Shown piece by piece: positions 13,527-29,643 of a DNA stretch of 64,000 nucleotides (positions are counted from its first letter, which is position 1; the number at the start of each line of letters is the position of its first letter). Origin of the DNA: Chrysomallon squamiferum (taxonomy: Eukaryota; Animalia; Mollusca); the NCBI GenBank assembly GCA_012295275.1, contig CM022669.1:16740001-16804000 (forward strand), written 5' to 3'. A program made the translations under genes and the position numbers. The notes under the pieces are model-generated. The model was not told the DNA's origin. It did not search any database and was given only the letters and a program-made list of their open reading frames with translations.

Positions 13527-14375
13527 CTTCGGATAAACTTCTGCCATGGTAAGTTCGGTTTCCAGAACCATAGTAACAATTCCAAATAATCCAAAAACGA
13601 GACAGTAGTCCGATATTTTCTTTCGTTTCTCGTAAAGTTCTTTTCTTCGGCCCAGTCTGTAACCAACGCTTCTCTGGCGCGCTTTCGCGTTCCGTTCGTC
13701 CGTGTACTTCTGATAGTCGCTGGTTCCCACGAGGGCCACGCCGGCCTCCTCCGTGGACGCACAGCTTATCTTCGACGACGTCGGCAACGACTGCATCGAC
13801 ACAGGCTTCTGCAACTGTTTGAACGAGCTGATGGCGCCGTTCACCCGCATGTAGTCGGCGCCGATGTCGACGATGATGTCGCGTTTGGGTTTGTTGAGCT
13901 CGTCTCTCTGAAACTCTTCATCGCGCGCGGACTTCGCTTCGTCTTCGCTGCTCTGGCACATCAACGGCGGCCTAACTAGTTCCATCGATGGCTTCAAGAG
14001 GTTTCGTTCGCCGGAGCTGTTTGCGCTGTCGGAGTGCCGAGCTAGGCGACCAGAACAGACCCCAGAGGAGGGGGAGTCGTTAACTCGGGTTTCCAAAGCC
14101 AGATTGTAGTTTTGAAGTTCGATTTCGGGAGAGGTGTATCCCCGGTTGACGCGACCATCTTGTCCCGGTAAAGCCGCTAAAGTTAACTCAGGAATTTCCC
14201 GAGGGTCCGTCGTACCCATGTCATTGTTGGAGATGTAGAAAGCCGAACCTAGGTCGGCATTATTCTCTGATTCTACTACCGTACAACCGACAGCAGAGCC
14301 ACGTTCTCCAAGCAGCTGTGAGGTGGAATCGAGACGCGCTCTCTCATTGGCTGGTTCCACCATGACAAGCGACAT
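13527..14375 (-). CDS. SK: First coding exon of a small-conductance calcium-activated potassium channel (SK/KCNN family): N-terminal cytoplasmic region, HA helix and S1; remainder of the gene lies beyond the left edge
   Basis: Translation ends [51 protein letters not shown], matching the KCNN signature (cf. SK2 [47 protein letters not shown]). GC-rich, repeat-free block. Donor AAG|GTATGG with the exon ending at 13527 (phase 0); the ORF-track tail VWTFFF... is intron read-through. In-frame TGA at 14423-14421, so the start is ATG 14375 (MSLVM) or ATG 14363 (GTCATGG, better Kozak context). Confidence 0.95.
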
Positions 14376-14897
14376 ACTTAAACAGACATGACCAATCGAT
14401 AAAACGTGCGAGGACACCAATCAGTCGTTCTTCATAATAACAGACCACGGCGGAACAGTGATGTACATATACATATATATAAAAAAAAAAAAAAAAATAA
14501 AGAATGAATAGCAATAAATGAAAAAATGGAAATGTTTATAATATACACCACCAACTACCGTTGATGATCACCGCAGCTGGAAAATACCTCTATTGATCGC
14601 AAAAGTGAGAAATCTGTTGCGTTAGCCCGAACTGTATTTTTTTTTTTTTTTTTTGGCAACAGGTGTTGGACATGTTTTGCGTTAGTGGCATAACAGAAGT
14701 AGCGCACAGATAAACTTGTTAAATTCAGTTAATCAGCTATAACGCACAGAACCACGCTTCAAGACGGCGTGTCGGTGCTCATGGATTTTGAAAATTTGCA
14801 AATGACGTGGAAGTTTCGTCTTCGGAAAAGCCTCAGCAGATTTGTATTTGTAATGGCGTTTCTCGCTAAGAATAGCTATCGTCAATAATCCGACCAC
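14376..14897 (-). other. Probable 5'UTR portion of the SK coding exon, beginning at a splice acceptor
   Basis: Minus strand reads TTCTAATATTCGTTCTTTGTTTTATATTTTGCAG|GTGGTC: branch-like CTAAT, polypyrimidine tract, AG at 14899-14898, exon start at 14897. No transcript evidence available. Confidence 0.6.
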
Positions 14898-15273
14898 CTG
14901 CAAAATATAAAACAAAGAACGAATATTAGAAAAACTGTTAGCATTTTCAGAACGCTAACGGAATAACGTAAGAACAAGAATAATAACGTGTTAAGTATAT
15001 TTAGACGATTATGTTGTTTACCACTGGCGGTGAGGAATTTAAATTTTAATAAATAAAAAAACTGAAACTGGATATAATGTTTATGAAATACTGCACGCAT
15101 GTGCGAGTCTCATATTAAGGAATAATTACTTACAAACATTTTATTTAATATTTGTTTTCATCATAATCATCTTCATCATCCCCATATTCTTTCGTTTCTT
15201 CCTACTATAATTTTTGTGGTCATTGTTATTGTTGTTGTTTTTTCTGTTATTATTATTATTATAAAGGATATCA

Positions 15274-16010
<737 letters not shown>

Positions 16011-16773
16011 AGTAAGTATGAGTAAATTTTGGAGACAGTTTTGTTTGTCCGTCAATAATTTAGTCGTCATGCAAGAATCAGTTTTCTTGTATAAAAAGGC
16101 CACTTTTTGTTTGTTTATGAGCAGAATAATAAAGTGCTTGTTGTATTAATTTTCTTCTGCATATTAAATTTGCATAAGTCTTGTTATAATCAAAATTAAT
16201 TTTATTATCTCCAATACTGCTTAATAATGAATTAATGTTACAACACTGATTAACCAAATATCACTTAATTGATCTTCAAATCCCTCAGCTCCAAAAGTTA
16301 AAAAAAAAAAAATGATAGATATATAATGTCACGGACATATGAACGCTTCAGTATAGCGTTATGAATAATGAAAAGTAGTTTTCTATTCTCGGCGAATGCC
16401 TTGTGTATTTTACCATTCACATAATGAAGCAGATCGAAGTAAAAAAATAAATAAATTTAAAAACTTTTTTTTTTTGTTAAAGTAAATAACATCAATTTGT
16501 ACTTGATATAGGTTGTTAATGACACGAGAGATGAAGTAACGGTTGAGAATGTTTTAAACTTTTCATTAATTTAACACATCCACAGTGAGATGCAATCGAT
16601 TTTAAAAGAAACAGCATATACTAGCGCTCGTACATGTACGTATATGAGTGCATTTATACATATCTCTATTATATAGTATGAATGTATGAATGTGTGTGTG
16701 TTTGTGTGTGTGTTTGTGTGTGTATGTCTGTATGCTTATATATTATGTATACATCTATATACACATACAAACA

Positions 16774-16819
<46 letters not shown>

Positions 16820-18129
16820 CAATAACAAACGTCTGAAAAGCTTTCAATACATATAACCAAACTGACAATGATCAAACAGTGTGACTCGGCAATAACAGAA
16901 CTTAATTATTTTAATGACACATAACGGAACTCTGCTATACATTGTTGTTGCTGTCTCGTAATTAAAGTCTGGTTATCTGCCGCGTTATTTTCAATAGGAA
17001 CAACCTCAGATTTACCACGCATTCGACGATTTTACGTAAGCTTCGCTGACATACAAATCTACAATAAGCATCGTAGGTGCTACCCTGCGATAAATATATA
17101 ATCCTCTCACGAACGAAAAAAAAAAAAAAAAATTCTACTCGTGCCTGCTAATCCATTAAAACCACATCAGTACTCATAATTTACTTCCAAAAGTGTTTAC
17201 TCTAATAAATTCTGAAGCTCTCATTATCTATTTCTTTCAGCTGGCGAAATTGCCATCTATGGATTATTCCTCGAAGTTGTCCCGTGGGACGGTGCCTTTA
17301 GGGAACATCCATGCCCATTGAACGCGTTTCGGTATTGGCGATGTAACCAGTTGATAGCCCGTCCGTTTCGTATACCGAGTCTGATGGTATAAATAAGTAA
17401 TGAATAAGCTACGGATACGCTAGGCGAAGCTACACGCTCTGATAAATGATAAGCTTAGAAAATAATACATTTTCACTAATGTTAATTATGTCCCATAACG
17501 ATAACCGCGTGCCCAATACATAGGTAAATAGACTTCCATATTATCAACAGAGCCGTGTATGGATCTGTGGGTTCATTAAATACCAGAAGTAATTACAGCT
17601 GAAATTATGGAGCTTTCATAAAAGAGAGATGAGGGATTGAGAACTAGAATGCAATTTCTATACATTTAAACAAACACAGACTTACACATACGTATCAATA
17701 AATACACTGGAGCGCGTTGACAGACACACACACACACACACACACACATAGAGACTCTAATATATATGTATTTGATCCTGTATATATGTATATATATATA
17801 TGTCTCTGCACATTTTGACATATGTATGTGTGACTATATATATATATATATATATGTATGTATATGTATATATGTCAGAATATAAATTAACATACACAGA
17901 AACATATTCAAGCACAACACAAACATATAAACACATGAATGAATCAAGCATTCTCACACTTACACATCTATAGCTGGATCAAAGACAGAAACGAACCAAT
18001 ACAGCATTTATTAACAGCTTGTCCACCTGTCTGTCCGCACGTCTGTCAAAGTTATGTACATTAATTAATCAATACTAGAACACCAGCTTCCCCTTGTATA
18101 ATTATCCGTTGTATAAGTGCAAAGCAAAT

Positions 18130-18300
18130 GCCAAAAGAGTAATTGCGCCGTACAAATTGCGAATACTCAGTATCAACTTTGAGATATTTGTAAGTGCGAA
18201 AGTCTGAAACTTGCTCAAATTCCATCAGTAAAAGCTGGATGGATGTGTTGATAAATACCAGATCAGACCGCATCAAAAGCGCTGGCAGCGAACGGCCAAA
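18130..18300 (-). mobile_element. Possible LINE (CR1/L2-like) ORF2 C-terminal remnant
   Basis: ORF 18061-18351 contains SDFRTYKYLKVDTEYSQFV, reminiscent of the S.K.RTY..FK.....E.Y motif downstream of RT in invertebrate CR1/L2-group LINEs. No RT motifs seen. Confidence 0.3.
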
Positions 18301-20145
18301 ATAATCCGTTACTGCTTTGCCGTATTGTTTTGAACATCCAGCTTTCGACAAATCTTCTTTATAAACTGATATTTTTCTGTGTTGTCTTTGTCGCTAGAAA
18401 TGTAAGATGTTGTGATTTTGTAGTTAGGTGTAGATGGTGGACAACGTTATAACGACAAAAAAAAAAAAAAAAAAATTTCATCAGCAACAACAATGATAAT
18501 ATATAAAAGGATGAAAGTTATTGAACAAAACCAATAAAAATGCTCAGAACATAGGCTGTGCACAGTAGCAAGAAAGCGATCACTCAGTTTTCAGTTAAGC
18601 CTTCTTTTTCTACCTGTCTTTCTCTTTCAATTTCTTTTTTGTTTTCTTTTTCGATACCTATTCACATTTCTATCATTTATCTCTCTTTCTTTCATTATCT
18701 GTTAGTGTTTCTTTTTCTTTATGACCCTCTCCTCTCTCTTCGCTATTTGTTCGTAAGAACACGCATGTAATCATATTTATATACCGTCCTATTCTTTAAC
18801 GAACCCAGTCACCTAGAGTCTCTGACCACGAACAGCGTGCTTGAGCCGTAATGGACTAACATAAAAAAAAAAAAAAAAATTAATGTCACCACGACATGAT
18901 CCGATGGCGTGTATCAAACTAATGGTCCCAGATTTAACTCACTTTTCACTCTCGTATACATCATTAAACATCACTCCAAAACAATCACGTTATCCTTTTA
19001 ATAATTGTAATCCACACAATTTGCAACCGAATTTCTCCATGAGCTTCTTTTTATGTACCTATGCATTCTATTAGATGCTAACAGAACTCAATTTATAAGT
19101 TTGCTTAGTTGTTGAATGCGTGGTCGTACATTAAATCCGATAGCGTGATTTTCAAGATACGCAGTTACTGCACAACATCAGAGGAGATGCTGCTGGCGGT
19201 TTTAAAACAATCGGATTTTGATTTAATGCAAGAATTATATAGATATATATATACATACATATATTTTAGCCCCATTAGAGGAAAACACAACATTTTTGCA
19301 CGAAGCATACGCTAATGGATTTTGCTCCGTGGTTCATGACACGTGCTCTCTCTCCAAAGATCATAGATAAGACTAAAGTAGTTTAAAATGTAGGGTTTTT
19401 TTTACGGGAGAAACACGAAGTATATAATGGTGAAGTCGTGCTCTAGTCAGTGATAAAAGAAGACGATATTGTTTATATATGACCGTTACAGCTTATTTAA
19501 ACATTTAATTTTGTTTTAAGAATCATTATTTTGTTTTGCATCATGTCAGTTAATCCATCATTCGTTGATAAGTTCGTTATATTTCACATCTAGACGTAAA
19601 GATATTAAAAAGTTTTTTTTTTTTTTTTTTTTGCAAATAATAATCAAATAAGTAAATAACAATATAAACAAAATTAAAAATAATAAACAAACTGGAAAAT
19701 AAATAAACATACGGACATACGCTAATGTCAAAGTCATATCTCTCTAACTTTCTGTAACCAACCAAACCCCGAGTAATGACGTTGAAATCCGTTTCTATGT
19801 ACAAAAAATAAAAAATAAAAAATAAAAAAAAATAAAACAAAACCATCTGCATTCGATTCAAAGAAAACCCATCACCATTTCGAGAGCAGGCGAAGAAGAG
19901 ACACCCGTTCAGCTGAGAGCCCAAGTGTCAAGGTGGTATTGAGCAATATCAGATGTAATTACAGAGAAGACGTTCAAGTGAATTAGAGGTAAAAAACGCA
20001 TTGTCCAATTGTAACGTTCTTGTGCAGAAGAAGCTCAATTTGATTTTCTTACTACAATCCGTGACACCGTCTCCGAGTCTACAACGAAATTACCTCTCAA
20101 TGGTTACAAGAGACGAGCGAGAGAGCTTGCCAAGTTCTTTTTCTT

Positions 20146-20230
20146 GACTGTGTGAGTGACAGAGCTTCAGCTTGACGTACTTGAGAACGTGGGATCGATC
20201 CCTCTAAATGGAACCGGAGCTTTAGGTTAT
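20146..20230 (+). mobile_element. Degenerate tRNA-derived SINE head
   Basis: GTGACAGAGC...GTGGGATCGATCCC...GGAGCT. Shares TGACAGAGC and ATCGAT.CC...GGAGCT with the 22.3-kb fragments. Confidence 0.4.
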
Positions 20231-21429
20231 TAACTGTGGCTCGGGAATTGCAAATATTGCTAGTAGTACATTAATGAAAGTAATGAGAACAGGAGAGGCT
20301 CACTCTCTTTACAGAGCTTGCTTTTATAAAAATATGACACTTGTACAATTTATATTTTGACACATAAATTGAAATTAAGAACGTTGCGTCATTAATATAT
20401 ATATATATATCATTAACGAAAAGACATAGAGAATGATACACATATTATTATTATTATCATTATTATTATTGTTGTTGTTGTTGTTGTTGTTGTTGCTGTT
20501 GTTGTTGTCGTGCTTGTCGTTGTTGTTGTTGTTATCGTAATCATTTTTTTATATATGAAAGAAAAATAGACAAACCGATATATAAAGAGGGAGACCCACA
20601 GAGACAAAAATAGCGAACAGAACAAAAATAGAAACGAATTAAAGGAAGTAAGGAAATAAATAAACAAATAAATAACCAGATAAACAAAAAAAAAAAAAAA
20701 AAAAAAAAAAAATAATAATAATAAAAACGGCAACAAAAAAAAAAAAACAACAACAACAACAACAACAAAATAAAATAAAGAAAAGAAAGGAATACTAAAG
20801 AACTCTTACTGAAATTATAAATTTCAAGAAATACATTAAAAAAAAAAAGAAGAAAGAAAGAAATAAAGAAAATTATACACAGCTACAGACAGAAAACACT
20901 GTCAATATTTATTTTATCAAAACAAATAAACTATACTGAAATTCTTTGCAGCATACTGGCATTTGAATTTCATTTACGTAGAAAATTTACTAGACAGCTT
21001 GTTCCTTTACGTCAAACGTATTTTGACTTATTTACTTTTTCGCGATACCGAGGTAATTACATAACCCGAGCAGAAGTGTTTTCCATAACTTTCCTGCAAG
21101 CCAGTGTGAGATTTATTTTTCTGCACAGGCTGTGAAAAACACACAGATGTTTGTAGACAGGCGAAAACGACCACAAAGACAAAATTTTTACAAGATAGAA
21201 TTACCCACGCCTTGATTAAACGTAAATAGTCATCTCCAAATAAAAGATTTTTATGTTGTTGACAGAGGTGAAGAGAACAGTGTTTGTGTTGTGTCAGTGT
21301 ACGAAGGGAAAATAATAATTCTTGAGATAAGTATTTGTCTATCTGTCTGTCTGTCTGTCTGTTTGTGTGTTTGTGACGCTGATACATTGTCTGCCTGTCT
21401 GCTTATCTACCTACATATCTACCAGTTTA

Positions 21430-23189
<1,760 letters not shown>

Positions 23190-24007
23190 ACACAGACAGA
23201 AATAATACAATAGAAATATTATTACACTGACGACTGATCGACTGACTTACTAAATGAATGAATGAATGAATATTTGACTGACAACATATCCCCAAAATAT
23301 CACTAGGAACAGTTGCTGCATATTAAATTTAATTCTTTTGTAGAAGTGATGTCTAAATTATCGCATCCACAATAATCTTTATTTCATACCTGGTTTTATG
23401 TTATCTATATATTTTCAAACAGTAGTGGTGGTGGTTGTAGTAGTAGTAGTAGTAGTAGTAGTAGCAGTAGTAGTAGTAGTAGTAGTAGTTGTTGTAGTAG
23501 TAACATCAGCAGTAGCGGCACACGAGGAAGTAATAACGAGGTCAGGATGTTTTGCGGAATAAAGTACGATAAGGAAAATTATAGTTAGTTATCTTGTTTC
23601 CAACTGGGATTTATCGTGACGTCTGAAAACCTAGAGCCCCGAATGTAAATACTTTCGTTCCGTCGTTTGATCTGTTTGATACAAAGCATCTGTTCACGAA
23701 CTATTGTCTGAGGAAATATCAGTTAATTTTTGTTTCGCAAGTTAAATATACAGAGAGCTGCAGTGAGACACTTAGAATTAAATAAATAAATAATAAGGAG
23801 ATAAAGCATTTATAGCGAACAGGCTGTTTGTTATAGAAATAAAGAAACTGGTGTACAAACACAGAGATAGACGGGTTAGGAAAAAACTGCAACATTAGCA
23901 TAAACAACCTAACGAAGTTTGCATATTATTTTTGTCACTAATAAAAAAACTGGTTTCTATCAATACAGCTATTGTTTCTACTGCTCTCTTGCTTCTGCTG
24001 TTGCTGG

Positions 24008-24069
<62 letters not shown>

Positions 24070-25650
24070 TTCATACTACTAACACCACTGTTATTGTTAC
24101 TATTATTATTACAACAACTCTTGCTACTACTAAATCAAATTCTATTAATAAAATTATCCAGTAATATCTTTCCTTTTTTGTTTTCTTCTTTTTTTTTTTC
24201 TTTTTTTTAAGCATCAGCACTTTTCTATGAAAAGAGCATATTGATTGCAGCATATTGCTAAAGATATTCAAATTTAGATATTTTATTTCTTCACGTTCCT
24301 TCAAACATGGCAAAGATGCTACTGCGGGCAGATACGAAAATATCTCTCAAATGATCTGCCGGTCTGAAAATATTACAAGTGACATCTAATATGTTCAGAT
24401 ATAGTTACACACATTTCATTTGCTGTTAGGCACAATACTCTTTGCCTGGATGAATATTTGAATACGTAGATGGAAGGACTGACGGGACAAACGAAAGGAT
24501 GGATGAACGAATGAACGGTGAAGGATTCGAATGATCCAACTGCTTAAAGATCATTAAATGTTCTAGTAAGGAGCTTATTGCTGTCATGTTATTTACAAGC
24601 TCATATTTAGCTTAGAAAGACATATTTAACTTAAATTTACTTTAAATACAAATATATGTGGCCATAGATCATAACAGAAAATAACAGAAAACGATCTGTG
24701 CCATCATACAGCGAGCCTTTAGCAGAAAAGTATATTTTATTTAAACCTTTCCCTAAACGGAAAATACAAACCATGATTTGGAAAAACCATTCGGAGGACA
24801 TTGGCATGGATGTGAAATAACGTTAGCAAGTCAAAGATTCAAAAGACTGAAAAAATATGTAACTGTCTTTTATTCTGAATTGGAAGAGGGGATCTTTAAT
24901 ATTAGAGGAAATGATCATTAGTGACTGATTCGCTTCTGTTCTACGTTTTAATCTTAATTCTGATGAGCCCACAACCACAGCGCGATATTTACAACTCTTT
25001 ATCATTCTAAACGTTAACGACCTACAATATTTACGAGTTGTTCATGTATTGTAAAATGTATTGCTTATAATTTATCTCCATTATTTAAATATTTATTTTT
25101 ATTTAAACTCTTCGTGATTATAATACATCTGGAAGGAAAATCGCGCTGGCACATTTAAAACGATTTATTAAATAAAAATGATTGGGCGTATAAATAAAAT
25201 GTTTCATTTGTAAGCAGAGGTGCGTGTCTAAAAAAGGAAGTGAGTTTCTAGTGCAGCAAAAAACGCAGAGAATGAGCCTATCGTTGTTTTAAATTTACCT
25301 AATTATTCTATATTTGTCATGAGAAAAAGCTAAATAAATAGCCGCATTTAAAAGATATTTGAGGATTTCGCATACTGTTTCATGCATGAAGTACGATAAA
25401 AAGGTGATGTGTGTGTGTTGTGTATGTCTGTATAAAAGAAGAAGTAAAGTAAGGATGATAAACGCCGTGGCAAGTTCCAGTTAAAGTTTTTGTTACACAT
25501 GACTGAGATGTGTGATAATATTCTCAAATGATAAAATAAAGTGGCCATTATGCTGAAGTTCTGTTTGCAAATTTTCTTTTGATATCCTTTTCACTCAGAA
25601 TACAAGGTCAACACTGTCAACATTTTCTCATTATAAACAAAACAAGGGAA

Positions 25651-26153
<503 letters not shown>

Positions 26154-26378
26154 ATAGCGTCCAGTTTCCATTATAACCTTTTCTAACTTTATGAAATTTA
26201 AGATTATTTTTGTCCTTGGAATAAACTCATTAAAATATTTGTTTATGTTTTCCACAAGAATCGTGAGGGAAGATATGCGTGGACAATGGTCAGGGTATTA
26301 ATTAACAGTGTTGATATGAATGGACACATCGGAGTTATTAATTAGTATTTGAGATGAAGAAGAGGTGTATGTTTACTG

Positions 26379-26419
<41 letters not shown>

Positions 26420-27072
26420 AGCAACAACAGCAGCAACAGTAACAGTAATAATAGCAGTATCATTAGTAGAGTCGAAGTAGAATTGATAATGATGATGATG
26501 GTAATAATAATAACAACAGCAACAACAACAACAACAATAATAATAAAAGTAATAATAATAATAACAATAATAATAATAATAATAATAACAATAACAACAA
26601 CAAAATAAAATAATGATTTCAGAAGACAATTATAGTAGTAGCAGTGTTGCTGTTGTAGTAGTTACAGTTGTCGTTGTTGTAGAAAATAAAGACTAACACA
26701 TTTATATAGATAATGACAGGCGCGCACATACCTTGAAACCTGAAGCGAGTAACAAATAAACGCCAGAATTAAGAAGATATTAGGTAAATAAATAAATAAT
26801 AACAACGACAACAACAATAAGATCAACAACAGTAAAAATTATTACGTTAATAATAAGAATGACAAAAATAATAAAAACTTCAACATTACAATATTACTAC
26901 TATTATTGCTACCATTATTGCTACTACTACTACTAATACTATTAACTCCACCATTACTACTTCTGCTGTTGCTGCAGCTGCTACTACTACTACTACTAAT
27001 AATAATAATAACAACAACAACAACAACAATAATAATAAAATAATGAAATAATAATAACAAAAATAACAACAA

Positions 27073-27109
<37 letters not shown>

Positions 27110-27735
27110 TTCTAGAGAGAAAAAAAGAAAAAGTAAAAAGAAAAAGAAATATTCATTTGTTACAATCTTTCTTAAAGATTGTCACTTTCCGACATCAGCT
27201 TCTGTCATCAGTCAAACAAAGACTATTATCTGTCACAGGAATACAGTAATCCGCTCATCACCATCACACAAAATTAATCACCTAATTAGGCAAAGAAAAG
27301 ATTTTTTTTTTTAAAAGACGAAAACAGAAAAAGAAAGAAAAAAAATAGAAAAAAAAGAAAGGAAAAAAAAGAAAATGAATAAACTGTAACTTTAATCTCT
27401 TTCATTCTTGTTTTGACTAAATTCATTGGCGCTAAGCTAGAACTATTTCGTGGTGGCTTAAAGATATAAGATCTATTAATTTTCTCAGTTTTCTATTACC
27501 GAGTTTTAATAACTAACTCCACGAAGATTATTAAAAATGTTATGACAGAAAATTAATAAGCTAGAGAAACTTTTATTACTGGTATTTTGATATTGGTTTG
27601 AACAGACTGTCTTTGTGGTTTCTGTTGGGTGTATTGTTATTGTTATTGTTGTTGTTATTATTATTATTATTATTAAATTTTTTTGTTTGATTTGATTTAG
27701 TTTTTTTAGTTATTTTGAAAAGGATGAACCTATAG

Positions 27736-27766
<31 letters not shown>

Positions 27767-29062
27767 GAAATGAAACATTCTTTAAAATCAGAAAAAAAGA
27801 ACAACAATAAATAAATAGATAACAAATTAATATATAGATAGATAGACAGACAGACAGACAGATAGATAGATAGACAAATATAAAGATGGACAGATGGATA
27901 TACATAGAGACAGACAGACACACAAACAGGGATAGATAGATAGATAGATAGATAACATCACCTCTTTGGGGGAAAAACACACAGTTACCCGCATATGAAG
28001 AATGCAAACAGAAAATGCTGTGACATTAAAGTGACGTAATTGCTGTTTCACTCTGTACCATGGACGCTGTTTTATTTACTGTTGTGTTAAACAGAAAACG
28101 TGTATCTGTTCTTAACTCTAAATCTGTCAGGGTGTATTCAGATTTAAAACAATACTCTACCCACTGATGACCGCAATATTCGGTACTTGATGAAGGAAAG
28201 CTTTCCATAAACATTTTAATAACATTTTTAAAAACATAGTTGTTACAGTTATTTTTCGAAATGTACAAAACAAACAAAGACGAGACTGCAAGTTAATGAC
28301 AATTACTTTACAGTACATTAAGAAGCAATATCAGTATCAAACCACGAATACAGTTATAATGAAGCTGATATTAATGATATACTTATTTTAAATATTGCCA
28401 TTAAAACTCTCTAAAATGATGTGTATATATCAGCGTGTGATATCAACAATTCTTAAAACAGTGGCACGTAACTATTATTTTATTTTTTTCTTGTTTATTT
28501 TAATTTCTATCTTTCCTTCTTTCTTTCTTTCTTTCTTTTTTATTATTATTATGATTATTATTATTATTATTATCCGTGCTATTCTCGTCATTCATTTCGA
28601 ATTAACTCATTAACTAGTAAGCTGACACCTTTTACATAACGTCATTAGCAGTAATCATCATTATCCAATACTCGAAGTTCGTAACTGGAGGTAATGAATA
28701 TTCATGATATTATTTTTTTTTGTTGTTGTTGCTGTTGTTGTTCAGAAACACGAAATGGCCCTGTTTATCTAAAACAGGAAAGAGACAAAAGATGTCTGGA
28801 ACAAACAAAACACGCGCGACCTATTGATTACGTGACAACCAAGGGGTCAATAGAGCCATTTTCTTTTTTTAGTTATTCGGTTATCGCTAATGTAATTTTG
28901 GTTGACCGGTTAATCCAGAAAGCTAAACGTCGAATGCAAATGTCCGATGTAAGAACAAACAGTTCACCGCCTCACCAAACAGACGTCGCTTCATTAAAAT
29001 GATAATTGAACCGAACTGTACTATTAAATGGTTTTCTGTTTGAATGTTTTACAAGCACTCAC

Positions 29063-29180
29063 AATTATCTCTCGTGGTCTCTGAAGGGTTAACAAAAACT
29101 CTAGGCGTTGTTGTCGTCGTGTTGTGTCGAGCCGAGTTTTAGAGTAAAATAAACTATGTCTGGCTTCAACAGTGACTCTG
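29063..29180 (-). promoter_or_regulatory. Candidate non-coding 5' exon
   Basis: Complex CpG-containing patch ending at donor ATT|GTGAGT (GTGAGT = 29062-29057), with Inr-like GTCACTG near 29175. Confidence 0.3.
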
Positions 29181-29643
29181 TCTCTCTCTCTCACACACAT
29201 ACAGACACACACAAACATTTTTATTTTTATTTTTATTTCTTTTAGATAAACAGACAGAAAGAAGAGAGAAAAAGAAAGGAAAACGGGGGAAAAAAATGAA
29301 GGAAGTGAGAAAGAAAAGAGAGTGATGCAAATTCATACATTTATAACCTGTTAGAATAATCAGCAAACATTTAGATGCATTTCTCTGTTGGTGATATTTA
29401 GTTATTCTGTATTCTTTGCTAATTTTTTTTTAAATTGTTTTTATTATTGCAGCCTTTTATATTCATGTGCACATTAGAAATATAAACACACAGAAGTCAT
29501 AAAACTTTCAAATCTTGGGTTTATTTTACTGTTGCGAGTGTTAAAAACAAAGACACGGATTTACAAATCATGTCAGAGAAAATGTCTTTGCGTAAATAGT
29601 ATTAACTTTGCAGTTAGAACTACAGACTATAAATTGTTTATTG

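Noticed and set aside
13493-13762. 89-aa overlapping ORF (MRPRRRPAW...)
   Set aside because: Alternative frame of the GC-rich SK exon, with no independent support.
14376-14420. ORF-track start at 14420
   Set aside because: It is a TTG; the first ATG after the in-frame stop is at 14375.
24950-25000. Hammerhead ribozyme core (CTGATGAGC...GCGATA)
   Set aside because: The GAAA box reads GATA, and stems I and III cannot be formed.
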